Shown here in pieces: positions 15,301-20,000 of a stretch of 20,000 bases of DNA. The notes under the pieces were generated by a model. That model was not told the origin of the DNA. It saw only the letters and a program-made list of their open reading frames with translations, and made no database searches. The stretch comes from an uncultured virus (IMG/VR IMGVR_UViG_3300040751_001717) (Duplodnaviria; Heunggongvirae; Uroviricota; Caudoviricetes): the IMG/VR virus record IMGVR_UViG_3300040751_001717. One strand, given 5' to 3'. The number at the start of each line of letters is the position of its first letter. Positions within the stretch are counted from its first letter, which is position 1. A program made the position numbers and the translations under genes.

Positions 15301-18300
15301 AATACGCACAGACAGAGGATCTGATTACTGTAGAGGAGCTTTCAGAAGTTACTCCTTTATTTCAGTCTCTTATTGAAAACTTATATAAGCAAGAGGTTGC
15401 AGATCGTCAGGCAAGAAACCTGGAACCGATTAGCTATAATGAATTTATAGGTAGCGCCGTAGCACAGAGAGCTATTACAGCTATTACGCTTATTGATGAA
15501 TTATATAGAGCGGATAATGAGCAGTCTGCTATTTCCCCAGGAGAGTGGTTACAGAAGAACAGATCTAGAGAAGATGTCTATCAGATTGTTAATGATAACG
15601 GATTTAAACCAGAAGAGCTTTTAATTACAGGAATCGACCCTAATGTATTTGCACTGGAAGAAATGCCTGAAGGGTTTACTCTAGAAACAACTAAAGGAGA
15701 GAAAGGAATCTTTGTAAGATCTACTTCAGCATTAGATACTGAGACCGGTGAAGAGAATACCGTCTTCGAATTAGTAGATAACAAGAATAATGTTATACCT
15801 GGTACAGAACCATCGCTAACACTTGATGAAGCACTTAAGAAAAGAAAAGAGTTAGCTAAGAAAAGAAAAGATCAAGCTGCAGAATTTGAGTTTGATGGTA
15901 AATCATTTAGACAAGGTGATGTTGTAAATGACGGTAGAGGTAATGACTACATTGTTGTAAACTCTGCTGAAGAAATGAATAAGGCTAAGAGTGAAGAAGG
16001 TACAGTTTCTATCACTCTTCGTAATAAGCAAACAGGCGCTTTAGTAAAAAGAGCTAGTTCAACAAATATATTCCCCGGTTCATTTGCTTCGTTTAAATCT
16101 GAGCTTGCTTACATCCAAGATGTAAACAACTACAATATGATGTATGGTTTTATCTCTGACGTAGATAGAACCGAAGAAGCAATTGAAAAATACGGTTCTG
16201 CTTCAAATGCGGCAACAGCTAGAATGAAACAACGTCTTTCAGAACTATCTGAAGAAGAGTTGAATTCTAGAATTACTATAAGAATAACTCAGAACGATCC
16301 GGCTAAAATTAAGAAACCTTCCAAGCTTAGGATTAACGGAAAAGAAAATCCTAATATAGAAGAGCGTGGAGAAAAGTACGCTATTCTTATACTTCTTGAT
16401 GGTCAAGAGTTAGGTTTTGTAAGAAGCGCTCAGAACTTTCAGTTCATTGGTAATGATGGAAAGAAAGTACCTATTTACTCTAAGAACAACGGTACTTGGA
16501 CTTTTGGTATCAGCTTTGATTTATTCAACAGAGTATTTAATCTACCAGGACAAGATATGCTTAAGGCATATAGTAGATTCCAACTTGCGATGTCTCAAGC
16601 TTTAAACATTCAGACGAATGTAAGCAAGATAATGCAAGGCAAAACAGAAGTAGAGCTATCAAATGAAGAGACACTTGAGCTATTTGGTAGAATAAAACTT
16701 ACTGAAGGTAGTTATGATTTTGCAAAAGGTGATGAGCGAGCTACATATGATGAGTTAGCATCTAAGACTGTTAACGGTGGTACATATTTAATTGACTATA
16801 GACCTGTTACAGAAGGTGGTGTATATAAGGTTGCTCCACGTATTCTTACGGATTTAACAGGTGAAGCATTGGACGAAGCAGAAGCTAAGATTAATGCAGC
16901 TATAGAAAATATGAATGGTCACCCATCTAACATGGGTCGTTATATCCTAGCGGTAGAAATTAATGGTAAGATTAAGTTTGTACCTTTTGTTTCTCAACCA
17001 CTTACTGAAGTAGAAGTAGGTGAAGTTCTTGCAGACCTTCAATCTATTTCAAATGATGCGGCAGAAAATAATAGTGAGGGTACAGATCTTACCTACACTG
17101 ATGCTGCAAACCAATCTGTTCTTTATGATAAGCTTTATCATGCACATGGAACAGGACTTTACTCTAGAATGCGAATCACTGCAGACGGCAGTTTCGTAGT
17201 AGAGGTTGCTGACAACCCTGGTTTTTCAGATCCTAAGATATTACTAAAGAAAGATGCGGGAAGTGAGATAGGTAATGTAAGCTCTCTAATAGAAGAGATG
17301 AATGCAGAAGTACCAAACCTCCCTAAAAAGTTTAGAGGAATTAAGTTCTCTAACGATATGTTTAGAGCTTCGCTTCCGCAAGACTTTACAGTAGAGCAAT
17401 TTAAAACTGCACCAGTAGTTGCTACTGTATCTGCAGACATTGTTAAGAGTAACAATAAAGCTATCGTAATTCCGGCTAAGAAAGTTAAAGCTGAAACAAT
17501 GCCAGGTACAGGTGAAAATACACCTCAAGGTACAGGTAATGATTTGTTAGGCGAAACAGAAACAACAGAAACCGAAGAGACAACTGAAGCTCCGGGTGCT
17601 GCAGATCTTATTGCCGGTCTTACTGTAGATCAAATTCCAGCTCCTTCAGAAGAAGCTAAGTCTGAGAACCAAGCATTGTTTGAAAAACGCAATGAATTAC
17701 AAGAGCAACTTAAAGCTAAGAGAAAATCTAAGACGGATGCTCTAGTAACAATGGGGTATTCTAGAACAGCTGCAAGTAAGCAAGCTGATCAAGACCCTGA
17801 TGTATTAGCACTACAAGATCAACTTAATAAAGTAAAAGCTCAGATTATCAGTAGAGCTAATAAGGTTGTACCATTAGGGGATCGTAAGTTTACAGAGAAA
17901 GATGTTGAAGACATTGAAGCGTTTAAAGCTTGGGTAAATAAAAATTTACCTTCGTCTGTTACGGTTGAGGTTATAGATACTCTTATAGATAATCTATACA
18001 ATGGTCACGTTACAGTAGGTCAGTTTGTTATGAAGCTGATGGGTATTAGTAATCAGATTCAAGGTTCAATCTTAGTTAATCCTTTATCGCCAGATAAATA
18101 CCACGAAGCGTTCCACGCTGTATTTAGAATGTTCTTAACAGATGAGGAGATTCAGAAACACCTTGATCTTGCTAAAGCTGAAGTAAAAGCAAATCTTAAA
18201 AAACAAAACAAAACTCTTGACCAGGCAATAGCAGAGTTAAAAGCTAGTTCTGAAATTTATCAGGATATGAGCTATGCTCAGCTTGAAGAACGTCTGTATG

Positions 18301-20000
18301 AAGAGTATTTGGCTGATAGATTCCAAGAGTGGAAAACAAATAAAAAGACACCTACAGCTGCTGCTAATAAGTCTTTGTTTAGAAAGATTGTAGACTTTAT
18401 AAAAGAGTTCTTTAAATCTTTCCGTAGCACAAACGAAATGACCAATTTGTTTGAAGCTATTGATTCCGGTAAGTATTCTAATAAGACAGTTGAAAATAAC
18501 CGCTTTACTTCTGTAGTTGAAGAAGGGGGTCCGATAGTAGCTAATAAAACAATTAAGATTGGATCAGCAGAAGTACTTACTAAAGATGGTTCTATTAAAG
18601 TCTTTAATAAGTATCTAGGAGGTGACAGAGCAACCGGTATTATTGCATCTATTGCGGGCATCTTTGCAGAAAGAAGAGAAGATCCTAAGAACAATGATAA
18701 GTCTGACCAGGAAATTTATGATTCTATCTTTGATGATTATTTAGAAGCATATGATTATGACTCTGAAATATATCGTGAAAGAGAAGACTTTGAAGATATC
18801 AGAGAAGATCTTGAGATGATGTATTCATTATTTGATGACGCAGATGTTCGTCAACAAATGATTGAAGGTACTCAAGAGTTCTTAGAGGTATTAGCGTATG
18901 TTGATCAGCAAACAGAAGATGAAATTTCTGAGATGTCTGATGACATAGGTGATAAGAGTACTACTGATTCTAGAAAAGAATCTGAAAGTATTGGTGGCTT
19001 TAAATCGCTACCTTCTTTCCTAAGAAGATATATTGCAACTACACGATATACCAATGTTAATGAATACGGCGTACCATTAGATAACTTATATAGCGTAGTA
19101 GAGTCAGGTATTGTTTATAATGGTCTTTTAAAAGCACTTAGCAATACAACAAACGAAAAGGATGCTCTTGCTAAGCTTGCGTTATTTAACAGACCCGGTA
19201 CTCAAACAGGAGCATTTATAACACGTTTCTTTGAAGATGCGGGTATAGTTGTAAATGAGGATGGAACAGTAAGTCTTGATAACTTAACTAAACCAGAACT
19301 GGTACTGAATGTACTTAAAGGGTTTGAGAAGTTTAAGATTGACTATAAATACATAGGTCTTGATCCTTCAACGCAAGCTGTGAGAGTTCTTGATGCTAAC
19401 CGCAGAGATGATACTCGTACAATTTTCTCTTTATGGAATGCTGCTTTTGAAAGAAAGCGTAAGTTCTATGGTGCTCAGTTTAATGCTAAAGCGGCAACTG
19501 CATTAGAAGAACTTAACTCTGCAATCCAACAAGGAGCTAGCTCTGAAAAAATAGTAGAAGTTGTAAAAAATCTAGAAGACATTGCAGGTATTAGAATATC
19601 TCCAGTTCTTGTAGAGTATACCATTGCTGTAAATGCAGAAAATAAAACAGACGCTCAACAGTATTTAATAGAGCTGAATAAAAATGTAGAACCAATTGAT
19701 ACTGAGGGTATTAGCTACCTTGCAACAGATGTTAGAAACGGTAAAAACATTTTTAGTAGAGAGTCTTCTACGGATACTACGCTAGAAGGCGCGAAGAGTT
19801 CAGGTGGGCGTACTTACAAGTTTGCTAAGTCCGCTTCTGCGTTTGACGAAACGGTTGGTGCAAATAGCTGGGTTAATGCTGAAGGCGAAACAGTCTATGG
19901 TTATCAATCACCAACATTTAATCACAAGCGTTTAGAAGACATCAAAGATCCTGTTAAGTTAATGGAGATGCTTCAAGATGCCTTCATGACTAACAACTTC
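12333..20000 (+). CDS. Giant phage virion/ejection protein (>2556 aa, 3'-partial) with zincin metallopeptidase domain
   Basis: Not in the ORF track, presumably because it has no stop in the window. ATG at 12333 (12 nt after the ORF4 stop) reads MIDFNTGFGAPLNDDAPQ... The frame was spot-checked open at about 13.7, 14.4, 16.2, 17.4, 18.1 and 19.2 kb and to the last codon (...AFMTNNF). Contains Gly/Ala hydrophobic segments, EGLQEIGQE and HEAFH...EEYLADRF. Confidence 0.92.
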   Translation, partial: MIDFNTGFGAPLNDDAPQMSQLNEMSAIQNADRIYTTFQNTGLSSFGDQQSLQSNPVTFAQNLLDRPVQTQSFQPAGYQDPIFYSKEKLNFDRYYNHPKYNTLGFHPFRDNETYYNENSHWTDDYVRMGSQFGTLFASGFVSTYDTIGDIFTGNNLAFDDDISRAYEKASAIGTSSRGGLVGFGNNLLLNSAYTLGIVTEFALTELALAGITAATGGGAAPATGAAAIGKAGQFGRAVTNVWDVFKATNSVARMRQAASAAKDAGKMRQFFTAVGTGLNPLENTISFGKSLLTTESELSKMSNLAKASTGFGSFYRDVKKTSMAWSESKLEAGMVEADVRKTLTDQYIQDNGFAPVGEDAQRISELSYSSGLTTAMYNFPLIYGTNAITFGTLFKGYKPLKEAAELAGDVGVGKSMRRTAAKGVLFEDMPGKAKQFVELFTKPSVSRTFGYVGRYTSANFSEGLQEIGQEIIAGAAKDYYENLFDSPAYAQGRAWSDSLAKATKDQMSAQGLEVFFSGFLMGGVAGPYTKMLYGIPNVIQRMQDPKAYKQRKAEIKAYKAEILKAANEIGADPDAFYNAMYLEMARQKELGDMALTAAMENNQHAFQNIKDASAFDRAFALMKSGALNEHVDFLRSMKDLSAEELKDAFPQLAGKSQEETLAKVDELIDRFEKLGKDYVADMQGFQNPYKPHLYKEDKAKYRNEKLKYETWEELRRQRLFYKDSAERHLDRIESMMNVAKEDPVVGNMAFSDYALLFDEKALVNEIDNLNAELEIEATTDEQKELLAKKQERVAALNRLKDSLGKRKKDGTFDRRYNKQLFDSYLNFLNTISETPVDEGKAKKTFELVKDAHNLRDDAVLYQEMYNMLADPQGSFYSATASKVKSILEGVQEEQVKNLNKVLDNLEVTHEDKAFLEMLARAGVVVSKEDLDDFLKRGKVPTRLMDAKDTSKEIDPKSELYQQAIALISLHAAQKNRTTTEETKTEAEGAKYAQTEDLITVEELSEVTPLFQSLIENLYKQEVADRQARNLEPISYNEFIGSAVAQRAITAITLIDELYRADNEQSAISPGEWLQKNRSREDVYQIVNDNGFKPEELLITGIDPNVFALEEMPEGFTLETTKGEKGIFVRSTSALDTETGEENTVFELVDNKNNVIPGTEPSLTLDEALKKRKELAKKRKDQAAEFEFDGKSFRQGDVVNDGRGNDYIVVNSAEEMNKAKSEEGTVSITLRNKQTGALVKRASSTNIFPGSFASFKSELAYIQDVNNYNMMYGFISDVDRTEEAIEKYGSASNAATARMKQRLSELSEEELNSRITIRITQNDPAKIKKPSKLRINGKENPNIEERGEKYAILILLDGQELGFVRSAQNFQFIGNDGKKVPIYSKNNGTWTFGISFDLFNRVFNLPGQDMLKAYSRFQLAMSQALNIQTNVSKIMQGKTEVELSNEETLELFGRIKLTEGSYDFAKGDERATYDELASKTVNGGTYLIDYRPVTEGGVYKVAPRILTDLTGEALDEAEAKINAAIENMNGHPSNMGRYILAVEINGKIKFVPFVSQPLTEVEVGEVLADLQSISNDAAENNSEGTDLTYTDAANQSVLYDKLYHAHGTGLYSRMRITADGSFVVEVADNPGFSDPKILLKKDAGSEIGNVSSLIEEMNAEVPNLPKKFRGIKFSNDMFRASLPQDFTVEQFKTAPVVATVSADIVKSNNKAIVIPAKKVKAETMPGTGENTPQGTGNDLLGETETTETEETTEAPGAADLIAGLTVDQIPAPSEEAKSENQALFEKRNELQEQLKAKRKSKTDALVTMGYSRTAASKQADQDPDVLALQDQLNKVKAQIISRANKVVPLGDRKFTEKDVEDIEAFKAWVNKNLPSSVTVEVIDTLIDNLYNGHVTVGQFVMKLMGISNQIQGSILVNPLSPDKYHEAFHAVFRMFLTDEEIQKHLDLAKAEVKANLKKQNKTLDQAIAELKASSEIYQDMSYAQLEERLYEEYLADRFQEWKTNKKTPTAAANKSLFRKIVDFIKEFFKSFRSTNEMTNLFEAIDSGKYSNKTVENNRFTSVVEEGGPIVANKTIKIGSAEVLTKDGSIKVFNKYLGGDRATGIIASIAGIFAERREDPKNNDKSDQEIYDSIFDDYLEAYDYDSEIYREREDFEDIREDLEMMYSLFDDADVRQQMIEGTQEFLEVLAYVDQQTEDEISEMSDDIGDKSTTDSRKESESIGGFKSLPSFLRRYIATTRYTNVNEYGVPLDNLYSVVESGIVYNGLLKALSNTTNEKDALAKLALFNRPGTQTGAFITRFFEDAGIVVNEDGTVSLDNLTKPELVLNVLKGFEKFKIDYKYIGLDPSTQAVRVLDANRRDDTRTIFSLWNAAFERKRKFYGAQFNAKAATALEELNSAIQQGASSEKIVEVVKNLEDIAGIRISPVLVEYTIAVNAENKTDAQQYLIELNKNVEPIDTEGISYLATDVRNGKNIFSRESSTDTTLEGAKSSGGRTYKFAKSASAFDETVGANSWVNAEGETVYGYQSPTFNHKRLEDIKDPVKLMEMLQDAFMTNNF
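17900..18480 (+). other. Zincin-like (HExxH) metallopeptidase domain within ORF5
   Basis: YHEAFHAVFRMFL (HEAFH 18102-18116, about residue 1924), downstream EEYLADRF (18300-18323, candidate third Zn ligand), then amphipathic LFRKIVDFIKEFF and LFEAIDSGKY. This is the motif order typical of zincin/MPTase domains in phage polyvalent and crAss-like giant proteins. Confidence 0.8.

Noticed and set aside
4858..18694. Minus-strand ORFs of 60-138 aa
   Set aside because: All are antisense to long coding genes with Ser/Phe/Leu-rich mirror composition, including those within the unannotated ORF5 (14588-18694).
13890..19810. Scattered GG dipeptides in ORF5 (FLMGG, KYLGG, SIGG, KSSGG) as junction motifs
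   Set aside because: They are sparse, lack the accompanying PKxQDG half and sit inside apparent domains, which is compatible with background frequency.
1..20000. Stop-codon reassignment (TAG/TGA recoding, known in some crAss-like phages)
   Set aside because: All four visible stops are TAA, but the genes are long and uninterrupted under the standard code, so there is no positive evidence for recoding in this window.

Overview
An AT-rich, fully + strand, densely coding stretch of a large tailed-phage genome, most consistent with the virion/cargo (ejection) protein region of a Bacteroidota-infecting, crAss-like (Crassvirales-related) phage. This lineage call is recalled motif resemblance, not a database result. 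Five large co-oriented CDSs fill the window: ORF1 (<2-4681, 5'-truncated), ORF2 (4752-6338), ORF3 (6338-9526), ORF4 (9582-12320), and a giant 3'-truncated ORF5 (12333->20000, >2556 aa) missing from the ORF track, which carries a HExxH zincin metallopeptidase domain. The most striking signal is a recurring bipartite peptide motif ([K/Y/A/M]xxGG, often followed by PK[YAF]QDxG) that punctuates ORF1-ORF4 at apparent domain boundaries and termini. It suggests protease-processed polyproteins or a packaging tag. The delimited modules include a Pol-beta-type nucleotidyltransferase-like domain, a possible ADP-ribosyltransferase-like domain and several small basic domains. Two intergenic regions share a TTT-x-x-TGTATATT promoter-like motif, one preceded by a nested direct/inverted repeat. 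No rRNA, tRNA, CRISPR array or mobile element was seen.
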